In this document: piece after piece, positions 9,561 to 19,185 of the stretch
Position numbering within the stretch: the first letter of the stretch is position 1
How the letters are laid out: each line of letters begins with the position of its first letter
Assembly (NCBI GenBank): GCA_044344255.1
Contig: JBIJDH010000005.1
Coordinates: 96,001-160,000, forward strand
DNA: 64,000 nt
Origin: Myxococcota bacterium
GTDB taxonomy: Bacteria > Myxococcota_A > UBA796 > UBA2385
Direction of reading: 5' to 3'
Notes under the pieces: generated by a model
What the model saw: the letters and a program-made list of their open reading frames with translations, nothing else
Told to the model about the DNA's origin: nothing
Databases searched by the model: none
Program-made: the position numbers and the translations under genes

Positions 9561-12500
9561 ATGCGCCTCAGCCCTATCCGCCGGCCCTCTGGCGTTCACC
9601 TCGTCGCCTCCGGGCTCTTGTCCGGGCTCTTCGGTGCCCTGGCCGGGTGCGGGGGCCCCGCTGAGCGGGAAGTAGAGGGGAGCCGCTCGGCGGGAGACAC
9701 GGACGGCGCCGCTGCGATCGCCGTGGACACCGCCGCGGCTGGGTCGGCGCGCGACGGCGGCTGGGGTGCGACTGTCTCTCGTCGACTGGAGGCAGGGCGG
9801 CGGGCCTTCCGAGCGGAGGGGGCCGGATTCCGGGCGACCCACGGCCAGGCGGGTCTGGAGATCCACCTGGACGACCAGGGGGCCGTACTCGACGGCCCCG
9901 AGGGCACCCTCACGATGCGCTTCCTCGCCTGGGGGCGCGGCGGGGCCTTGGTGGAGGCGGAGCCCGCTCGGGCCGAGCTCGGCGACTGTACCGAGGAGAT
10001 CGACGTCACCGGGGACTGCCTGCGTCGGGTGGAACTCTCTCGCGGACCGGTGATCGAGTGGTGGGCCAGCCGCGAAGAGGGTCTCCAGCAGGCCTGGGAG
10101 CTGTCGGAGCGCCCCGCCGGCGAGGGCGAGCTGCGTCTCGTCGTGGGCGTGACGGGCGCGATCCCGTCGCTCGATGACGGGGAGGTCGTCTGGGTGGGCC
10201 ACGATGGCGGCCTGTGGCGAACCGCCTCGCTGGAGGCCTGGGACGCGACCGGGCGCCCCCTCGACGCCCGCTTCGAGCTGGGGGCGGGCTCTGTGGAGGG
10301 TGCGGAGCTGCACGTCGTCGTCGACGACGCGCAGGCCACCTGGCCCATCTTCATTGACCCCATCACGAGCACCGCCGCCTCCACCTGGACCGGCGGCACC
10401 GCGGGTGACCTCTTCGGCGTGGTGGGCGGTGGTGGGGACATCAACGGCGACGGGTATGACGACTTCGTCGTCGGCGCGCCCGGCTACAGCTCGAACACGG
10501 GCGTCGCTTATGTGTTCTACGGCTCCGCCGCCGGCCCGGCCGCGACCGCCGACGTCACCCTCTCATCGCCCTCCACGGGGGCCTACTTCGGCGCCGCCGT
10601 AGACATTGCCGGGGACGTCAACGACGACGGCTACGACGACGTCATCGTGGGCGCGCCCTATGAGTCCACCGCCGCGGCGCTCGCAGGGCGGGCCTATGTG
10701 TACCACGGCACTTCGGCCGGGCTCTCGACCACGGTCGGCTCCACCTTGACCGGCTCGGCCACCGCCGCTGGCTACTTCGGCAACGCCGTCTCTTCGTCGG
10801 GGGACGTCAACGGGGACGGATTCGCCGACGTCATCGTCGGTGAGTACGGCTACTCGAGCTCGAAGGGGCGCGCCTGGGTCTACGCGGGGAGCAGCGCTGG
10901 CGCCTCGTCAACGACCTCCCAGGTCTTCCTCGGCACGTCCTCGGGCGACCGCTTCGGGTGGGCGGTCTCCGGAGGCGGCGACACCACCGTGGACGGCTTC
11001 GATGACATCGCGGTGGGTGCGCCGCTGACGGGGACTGGCGACGCTGGATCGGCCCGGGTCTACAAAGGGGCGAGCAACTTCTTCACCACGGCCCCCTCTG
11101 TCGCCCATTCCTACACCTCATTCACCAACGGATACAACGTCGGCACCGCCGTCAACATCCAAGGTGACTACAACAACGACGGGTACTCCGACCTCGTGCT
11201 CGGCGCGCCCTATGGCCCCGGCTCGGGCTTTGGGCGGGTGTACTTCTACCGCTCCAACACCACCGCCCCCCCCGCCGTCGGCCTCCCGACGGGCAACAGC
11301 GCCACTTTTGACGGGCCGAGCGCCGCCTCGGCCTTCGGGAGCCGCATCGACTGGGTGGGGGACTCCAACGGAGACGGGCGGCAAGACCTCGTCGTGGGCG
11401 GGCCCTATGCGGTCTCCAACGCGGGCTACGCGGGCCTCTACGAGGGGGTCGCCTCGGGCCTCGCGGGGTCGGCGAAGTCCACCTTCTTCTCGGGTTCCGG
11501 CTCGGACCTGCTCGGGCTGTCGGTGGCGGGCGCCGGCGACGTGAACAATGATGGCTATGATGATGTGCTGCTCGGCGCCCCCGGCGCCAGCGGGACCAAG
11601 GGCGAGGTCCGGCTCCACTACGGCGGCGTGGACGCAGACGGGGACACCTACCTGTCGAACGGCAGCAGCTACCAGGTGGACTGCGACGACTCCAACAGCG
11701 CGGTGAACCCGGCCGCCACGGAGCTCTGTGACGAGTTGAACGTCGATGAGGACTGTGACGGGCAGGCCGACGACCTCGACAGCGCCGCCACCGGAGAGAG
11801 CGCCTGGTACGCCGACGACGACGAGGACGGCTACGGAGACGCCGCAGACAGCATCACCGCCTGCGACGCCCCGGCCGGGTATGTCGCCACGAGCGGGGAC
11901 TGCGATGACACCACCGCCGCGCGCAGCCCTGGCAACATGGAGATCTGCGACGGCGCGGACCTCGACGAGGACTGCGACGGCCTCGCTGATGACGCGGACC
12001 CCTCGGCGGACGGCGCTGGCAAGTCCGACGCCTACGTGGACGGTGACGCCGACAGCTACGGCAGCGGAGCCGCGGTGGCGTACTGTGATCTCCCCTCCGG
12101 CTACGCGGCCCAGGACGGGGACTGTGACGACGCCTCGGCCGACGTGAACCCGGGCGCCACCGAGGTCTGTGACGCCGCTGACCTCGACGAGGACTGCGAC
12201 GGCCTCTCCGATGACGCAGACAGCTCGGCCCTCACGGCCTCGAAGAGCAGCTTCCACCCCGACGCCGACGGGGACAGCTACGGCACCACCGCCTCAGCCT
12301 TGTTCTGTGACCTCCCCTCCGGCTACGCCACGAGCACGACGGACTGCGACGACGGCGACGCCGCCATCCACCCGGGCGCCACGGAGCTCTGTGACGCGGC
12401 CGACACCGACGAAGACTGCGACGGCTTGGCCGACAACGCCGACAGCAGCGCCAGTGTGGCCACGAAGTCGAGCTACTACCTCGACGCGGACGGAGACGCG

Positions 12501-15500
12501 TTCGGGGCCGGCAGCGCGGTGAAGTACTGCGATCTCCCCTCCGGCTACTCGCTGGTCGACACCGACTGCGATGACGGCGCAGCGAGCGTGAACCCGGGTG
12601 CGACCGAGCTCTGCGACGCGGCGAACACCGACGAAGACTGCGACGGCCAGGCCGACAACGCCGACAGCAGCGCCAGCGTGGCCACGAAGTCGAGCTACTA
12701 CAGCGACGGCGACAGCGACGGCTACGGGGCCGGCAGCGCGGTGAAGTTCTGCGACCTGCCCACAGGCTACGCCGCCACGAGCACAGACTGCGACGACGGG
12801 GTGGCCGCGGTGAACCCCGGTGCCACCGAGCTCTGCGATGGCGCGGACACCGACGAGGACTGCGATGGGTTGGCCGACAACGCCGACAGCTCGGCCAGCA
12901 CGGCGACCAAGTCGAGCTACTACCTCGACGGGGACGGCGACAGCTACGGCGGCCCGACCACCGCGAAGTTCTGCGACCTGCCCGCGGGCTACACCGTCAC
13001 TTCGACCGACTGCGACGACGCGGTCGCGGCGATCCACCCCGGTGCCACCGAGGTCTGCGATGTGTCCGACACCGACGAGGACTGTGATGGCCTCGCGGAT
13101 GACGATGACAGCTCCGCCTCGGCCGGCACCAAGGGCGACTTCTACGCCGATGGTGACGGCGACGGCTACGGCGCGGGCTCCGCGACCGCCTACTGTGACG
13201 CCCCCACCAGCTATGTCTCGCTCGGCGAGGACTGTGATGACGGCGCGACCGGCGTGAACCCCGGCGCCACCGAGCTCTGCGACGCCACGAACACCGACGA
13301 AGACTGCGATGGGCTCGCCGACAACGCCGACAGCTCGGCCAGCGCCGCCACGAAGGGCAGCTACTACCTGGACGGCGACACCGACGGATACGGCACCGGC
13401 AGCGCGGTGAAGTTCTGCGACCTCCCCACGGGCTACGCGGTCGCGGACACGGACTGCGATGACGCGGTCACCGCCGTGAACCCGGGGGCCACCGAGGTCT
13501 GTGACGCGGCGAACACCGATGAGGACTGTGACGGCCTCGCCGACAACGCCGACACCTCGGCCTCCGTGGCGACGAAGAGCAGCTACTACCGAGACAGTGA
13601 CACGGACGGCTACGGCAGCACCACGACCGCCAAGTTCTGTGATCTGCCGAGCGGCTACTCCACCTCCTCCACGGACTGCGACGACACCTCCACCGCCGTG
13701 AACCCCGGGGCCACCGAGGTCTGCGACGCCGCAGACACCGACGAGGACTGCGACGGGACCGCGGACGATGATGACAGCTCTGTCTCCGCGGCGACCCAGT
13801 CCACGGGCTACCTCGACGGCGACAGCGACGGCTACGGCGGCGCGACGACGGCCCTGTTCTGCGATCTGCCGAGCGGCTACCTCTCGAGCGGCACCGACTG
13901 TGACGACGCCGCCGCCGCCGTGAACCCCGGGGCCACCGAGGTCTGTGACGCCGGTGACACCGATGAGGACTGCGACGGCCTCGCCGATGACGCCGACAGC
14001 TCGGCCTCCGCGGCGACCAAGACCCGCTACTACACCGACAGCGACGGGGACAGCTACGGCACCAGCAGCTCAGCCGACTTCTGTGACCTGCCCTCCGGCT
14101 ACGCCGTCGCCTCCGGGGACTGCGACGACGGCCGCGCCGCCGTCAACCCCGGGGCCACCGAGGTCTGTGACCCGGTGAACCGCGATGAGGACTGCGACGG
14201 CACCGCCGACAACGCCGACAGCTCTGCTTCGGCGATCACCAAGAGCAGCTACTACCAGGACGGCGACGGCGACGGGTATGGCTCGGCCACCACCGGGGCC
14301 TTCTGTGACCTCCCCTCCGGCTACACCGCCGTCGGCGCGGACTGCGACGACGGGGACGCGCTGATCAACCCGGCGGCCGCCGAGGTCTGCGACCCGGCCA
14401 ACGTCGACGAGGACTGTGATGGGCTGGCCGACGACGCCGACTCGAGCACGCTCGCCTCGGGCAAGGTGACCTCCTACCGGGACGTCGATGGAGACAGCTA
14501 CGGCAGCGCCACCACCGCGCTGAGCTGCGACCTCGCCACCGGCTACGTCAGCGTCGGCGGGGACTGTGACGACGGCGCCCCGGCCACCCACCCCGGAGCG
14601 ACGGAGGTCTGTGACGCCTCCGACGCCGATGAGGACTGTGACGGCCTGTCCGACGACAGCGACGGCTCGGTGTCGGCCGCGACCAAGACGACCTACTACC
14701 GCGACACCGACGGCGACGGCTACGCCGGCGCGACGACCGGCGCCTTCTGCTCGGCCCCGAGCGGCTACTACGCGAGCGCCACGGACTGCAAGGACTCCGA
14801 CGACAGCGTCCACCCCGGTGCCACCGAGCTCGTGGCGGACGGTGTGGACCAGACCTGTGACGGACAGGAGCTCTGCTACGTGGACGCCGACGGGGACGGC
14901 TACCGGGTCGAGGACACCATCCTCAGCGCCAGCGTGACCTGCGGCGCGACCGGCCTCGCCCTGGCCAGCGAGCCGGGGGATGACTGCGACGACACCGACG
15001 CCGCCTACAACCCCGGCGCGGTCGAGGCGGACTGCACCGACCCCGCCGACTACAACTGCGACGGCTCGACCGGCTACGCCGACGAGGACAGCGACGGCTA
15101 CGCCGCCTGCGAGGAGTGCGACGACCAGGACGCCGCGATCAACCCGGCCGCCCAGGAGCGCTGTGACGCGCTCGACGTCGATGAGGACTGCGACGGGCTG
15201 ATCGACGACGACGACAGCTCGGTGGACGCCAGCACCAAGACCAGCTTCTACGCTGATGGTGACGGCGACGGCTACGCGGGCTCGACCACGGCCGACTTCT
15301 GTGACCTGCCGACCGGCTTTGGCACCGCCGCCACGGACTGCGATGACGGGGCGGTGGGCGTCAACCCGGGGGCCGCTGAGCTCTGCGATGGCGCTGACGT
15401 GGACGAAGACTGCGATGGGCTCGCCGATGACGCCGATCTGAGCGTCGACCCCGCCTCCTGGTCGGTCAGCTACCAGGACGGTGACGGCGACGGCTACGGG

Positions 15501-16823
15501 GCGACCGCGGCCTCCGTCTCCTGTGATCTGCTCCCCGGCTACGTCGCCGTGGACGGAGACTGCGACGACGCGGCGGAGGTTGTCAACCCCGGCGCCGCGG
15601 AGGTCTGCGACCTCCTCGACACCGACGAAGACTGTGATGGCCTCGCCGACGACCTCGACAGCTCGGTGGACGCCACCAGCTACAGCGCCTTCTACGCCGA
15701 CGTGGACGAGGACGGCTTCGGCGACCCCGACGCGGTGGTCTCGGCCTGTGACGAGTCGGCCGTCGCGGTGGCAGATGACAGCGACTGCGACGACGAGGAC
15801 GCCCTCGTCAACCCAGACGCCATCGAGATCGTGGGCGATGGGATTGACCAGGACTGTGACCTCGGCGAGCTCTGCTACGTGGACGCGGACGGGGACGGTT
15901 GGCGGACCGACGCTGAGGTGGCCTCCTCCACCCTCGACTGCAGCGGCGTCGGCGAGGGCCTCGCCTCCGACCCCACCGACGACTGCAACGACGCCGATCC
16001 CGCCTTCCACCCTGGCGCCACCGAGGACGACTGCAGCGATCCGAGCGACTACAACTGCGACGGCTCGGTCGGCTACGCGGACGCGGACGGCGACGGCTAC
16101 GCGGCCTGCGAGGAGTGTGATGACGGGGCGGTGGGCGTCAACCCCGACGCCACCGAGGTCTGCGACGGCGTGGACAATGACTGCGACACCGTGGCCGACG
16201 GCGCCGACGCCATGGACGCCCTCACCTGGTACGGCGACCTCGACGCCGACGGCTACACCAACCCCGACGACAGCGCGGTCGCCTGCGATGCGCCCGATGG
16301 CTACGCCGCCGCCTCCGCCGAGGCCGACTGCGACGACCTCGATGAGGGCGTGAACCCCGCCGCCCTCGAGGGCGTGGACGACGCGCTCGATCAGGACTGC
16401 GACGGGCTCGAGCTCTGCTACGTAGACGCCGACGACGACGGCTTCCGCCCCGACGAGACCAGCACGGCGGAGAGCGCGGACCTGCTCTGCGACGGCGCGG
16501 GCGAGGCCACGGCCGAGGACGCCGCGGGAGACTGCGACGACGACAACCCCGACGCCTACCCCGGCGCCGAGGAGGTCGCGGGGGACGCGGTCGATCAGGA
16601 CTGCGACGGCGCCGACCTCCCGGGCGACACGGGTCCGGAAGACACCGGCCCGACTGACGGAGACACCGGCGGCTCGGCGGACGGCGGCGACGGCGGCGAC
16701 GGCGGCTTCACCGGCGGTGGTAAGGGCTGCGGCTGCTCGGCCGGCGCGGGGGCCTCTGCGGGCTGGCTGGGCCTCCTGCTCGGCGTCGCGGCCCTCGGCG
16801 CCCGTCGCCGTCGGGTGGCCTGA
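9561..16823 (+). CDS. Giant surface protein paralog: lipobox, 7 FG-GAP repeats, ~24 MopE-like repeats, MYXO-CTERM
   Basis: LAGC lipobox; 7 FG-GAP motifs; same stalk repeats; C-terminus KGCGC...LLGVAALGARRRR. Confidence 0.9.
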   Translation: MRLSPIRRPSGVHLVASGLLSGLFGALAGCGGPAEREVEGSRSAGDTDGAAAIAVDTAAAGSARDGGWGATVSRRLEAGRRAFRAEGAGFRATHGQAGLEIHLDDQGAVLDGPEGTLTMRFLAWGRGGALVEAEPARAELGDCTEEIDVTGDCLRRVELSRGPVIEWWASREEGLQQAWELSERPAGEGELRLVVGVTGAIPSLDDGEVVWVGHDGGLWRTASLEAWDATGRPLDARFELGAGSVEGAELHVVVDDAQATWPIFIDPITSTAASTWTGGTAGDLFGVVGGGGDINGDGYDDFVVGAPGYSSNTGVAYVFYGSAAGPAATADVTLSSPSTGAYFGAAVDIAGDVNDDGYDDVIVGAPYESTAAALAGRAYVYHGTSAGLSTTVGSTLTGSATAAGYFGNAVSSSGDVNGDGFADVIVGEYGYSSSKGRAWVYAGSSAGASSTTSQVFLGTSSGDRFGWAVSGGGDTTVDGFDDIAVGAPLTGTGDAGSARVYKGASNFFTTAPSVAHSYTSFTNGYNVGTAVNIQGDYNNDGYSDLVLGAPYGPGSGFGRVYFYRSNTTAPPAVGLPTGNSATFDGPSAASAFGSRIDWVGDSNGDGRQDLVVGGPYAVSNAGYAGLYEGVASGLAGSAKSTFFSGSGSDLLGLSVAGAGDVNNDGYDDVLLGAPGASGTKGEVRLHYGGVDADGDTYLSNGSSYQVDCDDSNSAVNPAATELCDELNVDEDCDGQADDLDSAATGESAWYADDDEDGYGDAADSITACDAPAGYVATSGDCDDTTAARSPGNMEICDGADLDEDCDGLADDADPSADGAGKSDAYVDGDADSYGSGAAVAYCDLPSGYAAQDGDCDDASADVNPGATEVCDAADLDEDCDGLSDDADSSALTASKSSFHPDADGDSYGTTASALFCDLPSGYATSTTDCDDGDAAIHPGATELCDAADTDEDCDGLADNADSSASVATKSSYYLDADGDAFGAGSAVKYCDLPSGYSLVDTDCDDGAASVNPGATELCDAANTDEDCDGQADNADSSASVATKSSYYSDGDSDGYGAGSAVKFCDLPTGYAATSTDCDDGVAAVNPGATELCDGADTDEDCDGLADNADSSASTATKSSYYLDGDGDSYGGPTTAKFCDLPAGYTVTSTDCDDAVAAIHPGATEVCDVSDTDEDCDGLADDDDSSASAGTKGDFYADGDGDGYGAGSATAYCDAPTSYVSLGEDCDDGATGVNPGATELCDATNTDEDCDGLADNADSSASAATKGSYYLDGDTDGYGTGSAVKFCDLPTGYAVADTDCDDAVTAVNPGATEVCDAANTDEDCDGLADNADTSASVATKSSYYRDSDTDGYGSTTTAKFCDLPSGYSTSSTDCDDTSTAVNPGATEVCDAADTDEDCDGTADDDDSSVSAATQSTGYLDGDSDGYGGATTALFCDLPSGYLSSGTDCDDAAAAVNPGATEVCDAGDTDEDCDGLADDADSSASAATKTRYYTDSDGDSYGTSSSADFCDLPSGYAVASGDCDDGRAAVNPGATEVCDPVNRDEDCDGTADNADSSASAITKSSYYQDGDGDGYGSATTGAFCDLPSGYTAVGADCDDGDALINPAAAEVCDPANVDEDCDGLADDADSSTLASGKVTSYRDVDGDSYGSATTALSCDLATGYVSVGGDCDDGAPATHPGATEVCDASDADEDCDGLSDDSDGSVSAATKTTYYRDTDGDGYAGATTGAFCSAPSGYYASATDCKDSDDSVHPGATELVADGVDQTCDGQELCYVDADGDGYRVEDTILSASVTCGATGLALASEPGDDCDDTDAAYNPGAVEADCTDPADYNCDGSTGYADEDSDGYAACEECDDQDAAINPAAQERCDALDVDEDCDGLIDDDDSSVDASTKTSFYADGDGDGYAGSTTADFCDLPTGFGTAATDCDDGAVGVNPGAAELCDGADVDEDCDGLADDADLSVDPASWSVSYQDGDGDGYGATAASVSCDLLPGYVAVDGDCDDAAEVVNPGAAEVCDLLDTDEDCDGLADDLDSSVDATSYSAFYADVDEDGFGDPDAVVSACDESAVAVADDSDCDDEDALVNPDAIEIVGDGIDQDCDLGELCYVDADGDGWRTDAEVASSTLDCSGVGEGLASDPTDDCNDADPAFHPGATEDDCSDPSDYNCDGSVGYADADGDGYAACEECDDGAVGVNPDATEVCDGVDNDCDTVADGADAMDALTWYGDLDADGYTNPDDSAVACDAPDGYAAASAEADCDDLDEGVNPAALEGVDDALDQDCDGLELCYVDADDDGFRPDETSTAESADLLCDGAGEATAEDAAGDCDDDNPDAYPGAEEVAGDAVDQDCDGADLPGDTGPEDTGPTDGDTGGSADGGDGGDGGFTGGGKGCGCSAGAGASAGWLGLLLGVAALGARRRRVA
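11630..16620 (+). repeat. Intragenic degenerate tandem repeat, ~222-bp (74-aa) units
   Basis: Unit e.g. DTDEDCDGLADNADSSASVATKSSYYLDADGDAFGAGSAVKYCDLPSGYSLVDTDCDDGAASVNPGATELCDAA (74 aa). Confidence 0.85.
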
Positions 16824-16859
16824 CCCCCACGGGGACAACCTGAGCCCGACAGAGATGCT

Positions 16860-16892
16860 CGGATCGGCCTGTCGGCGGGACAGGCCGATCCG
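16860..16892 (+). terminator. Perfect 14-bp stem-loop downstream of the giant-protein pair (terminator-like, no U-tract)
   Basis: CGGATCGGCCTGTC-GGCGG-GACAGGCCGATCCG. Confidence 0.6.
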
Positions 16893-17026
16893 CCCCTCCG
16901 ACCGGGACGGCATCGTGGTGCTGCGACAGCGGGCGGATGTCGAAGGGGGCTCCTCGGGTGTAACCGCCGGTCGTGCCCCGCCATACCGCCACTGCCACGG
17001 CGCTCTGCCCGCCGACCGAGGCCGCC

Positions 17027-17995
17027 ATGGACGACGCCACCCCCGCGACCCTCTCGACGGCCGCACCGCGGTCGGCGTGCCGTCGTGGGGCTCGGACGGC
17101 GCTCCGGGTCGCCGTGCTCGGGGTCCTGGTCGGGCTCGTCCTCCAACGGCTCGACCTCGCGGCCGTCTCGGCCGCCTGGCGCGGCGTGACCCCCGGAGGA
17201 GCTTTGGGTGTGATCGCCTGCTTCGGGGCGGCGATGACCGTCCGTGTGGGGAAGTGGGCCTGGCAGGTCCACCGGCTTGACCTCCCCTTTGACCTCCTCC
17301 CGCTGACCCGCGCCTTCCTCACCGGCATCGTGCTCGGGGCCGTGACGCCGCTTCGGGCCGGGGAGGTCTATCGACTGTCGGGGTTACGGCTCGACCCCGC
17401 CCGGCGCGCCGAGCAGGTCGCCCTGACCGGCGCGAGCCTCCTCCTCGAGAAGGTCTACGAGCTGTTGATCCTGGTCACCATCGCCTCCGCCGGCCTCGTC
17501 CGCCTCCGCCCCGGGCTCGGCCTCGGCTTGCTGAGCGGCGTCGGGGTCGCCGCCGTGATCAGCCTCAGCGGGGCGCGGCCCCCCGCAGGCTGGCTGCGGG
17601 CCCTCCCCGCCCGTCTCCGCCGCCTCACCATCGATCCGCTCCTCCAAGCCCGAGACGGCCTCGGCCTCGGCGGGCGGCTCGGCCTCGTCTCGCTCACCGC
17701 GGCGGCCCACGGCCTCAACACCCTCGGCGCGCTCGGCGTGTACCGGGCCTTTGGGCCGATGTCGGCCGACACGCTCTTCTTCCGGATGCCGCTCGTCACG
17801 CTCACCAACGCCCTGCCGCTCTCGATCGGCGGCATCGGGGTGAGAGAGCTCGCGGCCATGTACATCTTCGGGGGCGCCACCTTCCCCGCGTCGAGCGCCG
17901 CGCTCGCCGCCTCGGTGGTCTTCGTCGGCGCCAACCTGTTGCCCGCGTTGGTCCTCCCCCTCCTCGCCCTCGTCCCCGAGAGACGCTCCCCCTGA
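17027..17995 (+). CDS. Lysylphosphatidylglycerol-synthase TM-domain (flippase-like, AglD2/UPF0104) membrane protein
   Basis: Multi-pass protein with TPLRAGEVYR, LLEKVYEL and LPLSIGGIGVRE motifs characteristic of the family. Confidence 0.85.
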   Translation: MDDATPATLSTAAPRSACRRGARTALRVAVLGVLVGLVLQRLDLAAVSAAWRGVTPGGALGVIACFGAAMTVRVGKWAWQVHRLDLPFDLLPLTRAFLTGIVLGAVTPLRAGEVYRLSGLRLDPARRAEQVALTGASLLLEKVYELLILVTIASAGLVRLRPGLGLGLLSGVGVAAVISLSGARPPAGWLRALPARLRRLTIDPLLQARDGLGLGGRLGLVSLTAAAHGLNTLGALGVYRAFGPMSADTLFFRMPLVTLTNALPLSIGGIGVRELAAMYIFGGATFPASSAALAASVVFVGANLLPALVLPLLALVPERRSP

Positions 17996-19176
17996 TGAAG
18001 ACCGCCCCCGCTCGAATTCTCGTCCTCGGGGGCGACGGCTATGTCGGCTGGCCCCTCGCGCTGAAGCTCGCGCTCAGCCACCCCCAGGCCAGGGTGTTGC
18101 TGGCGGACAACCTCTCGCGACGGCGGCTCGTCGCCGAGGTCGGTGGCGACAGCGTCACGCCGATCGCGGCGCCCGCGGAGCGCATCCGCGCCTTTCGAGA
18201 CACCTTCGAGCAGGACAACCTGAGCTTCGTGGGTGTTGATGCGGCGAGCCCCGCCCTCGACGCCCTCGTCGAGGCCGAGCAGCCCACCCACATCTTTCAC
18301 CTCGCCCAGCAGGCGAGCGCGCCCTACTCGATGATGGACCCCGAGCGGGCGGTCTACACGGCGACCAACAACGAGGTGGGCAACCTGCGGGTGCTGTGGG
18401 CCATCCGGCGCCACGTCCCGACCGCGCACCTCATCAAGCTCGGGAGCTTCGGGGAGTACGCCCGACCCGGCTTCGACGTCGCCGAGGGCTACTTCCGGCC
18501 CACCTACAAGGGGGTGGAGGCGTCGGTCGACACACCCTTTCCGCGGGCCGCAGACGACATTTATCATGTCACCAAGATCAACGATACGAATTTCATCTCG
18601 ATGGCCTGTCGGAAGTGGGGCCTCCGCGTCACCGATGTCATGCAGTCCACCCTCTTCGGCGTCTTCACGGCCGAGACGAGGCTGCACCCCGCCCTCTACA
18701 CCCGCTTCGACTACGACGCCGTGTTCGGCACCGTGCTCAATCGGTTCCTGACCCAGGCGGTGATGGGCTGCCCCTTGACCGTCTATGGCACGGGCTGGCA
18801 GCGCACGGGCCTGATGGCGCTCGAGGACGCCACGGGCTCCCTCGCCGCGCTGGTCGACCACCCACCCGCCGTGGGCGAGCACCGTGTCATCAACCACGTC
18901 ACCGAGCGCGACTTCTGCATCAACGAGCTCGCGGAGCGCGTGCAGGCGGTCGCGTCCAGCCGCGGCGCGACCATCCCCATCGAGCGCACCTTCGACCCCC
19001 GCAATGAGCAGGATCTCTGCAAGGCGACCTACACCGTCGAGGCGGGCCACGTAGATGAGCACGTCCGCCCGACCCCGCTCGATCAGGTGCTGGGCCCGGT
19101 CTTCGACATCGTCGCCCTTAACGCAGCACGCATCGATCCCCGCCGCTTCGCGCCCACGGTGCGCTGGTGCGGTTGA
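17995..19176 (+). CDS. sqdB: UDP-sulfoquinovose synthase (SqdB/SQD1/Agl3 family)
   Basis: GGDGYVGWP, DNLSRR, SVTPIA, HLAQQASAPYSM, HLIKLGSFGEY, YHVTK (YxxxK), RFDYDAVFGTVLNRF, PLTVYG: the signature set of SqdB; TGATG overlap with the upstream gene. Confidence 0.9.
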   Translation: MKTAPARILVLGGDGYVGWPLALKLALSHPQARVLLADNLSRRRLVAEVGGDSVTPIAAPAERIRAFRDTFEQDNLSFVGVDAASPALDALVEAEQPTHIFHLAQQASAPYSMMDPERAVYTATNNEVGNLRVLWAIRRHVPTAHLIKLGSFGEYARPGFDVAEGYFRPTYKGVEASVDTPFPRAADDIYHVTKINDTNFISMACRKWGLRVTDVMQSTLFGVFTAETRLHPALYTRFDYDAVFGTVLNRFLTQAVMGCPLTVYGTGWQRTGLMALEDATGSLAALVDHPPAVGEHRVINHVTERDFCINELAERVQAVASSRGATIPIERTFDPRNEQDLCKATYTVEAGHVDEHVRPTPLDQVLGPVFDIVALNAARIDPRRFAPTVRWCG

Positions 19177-19185
19177 GCGTCGCGC

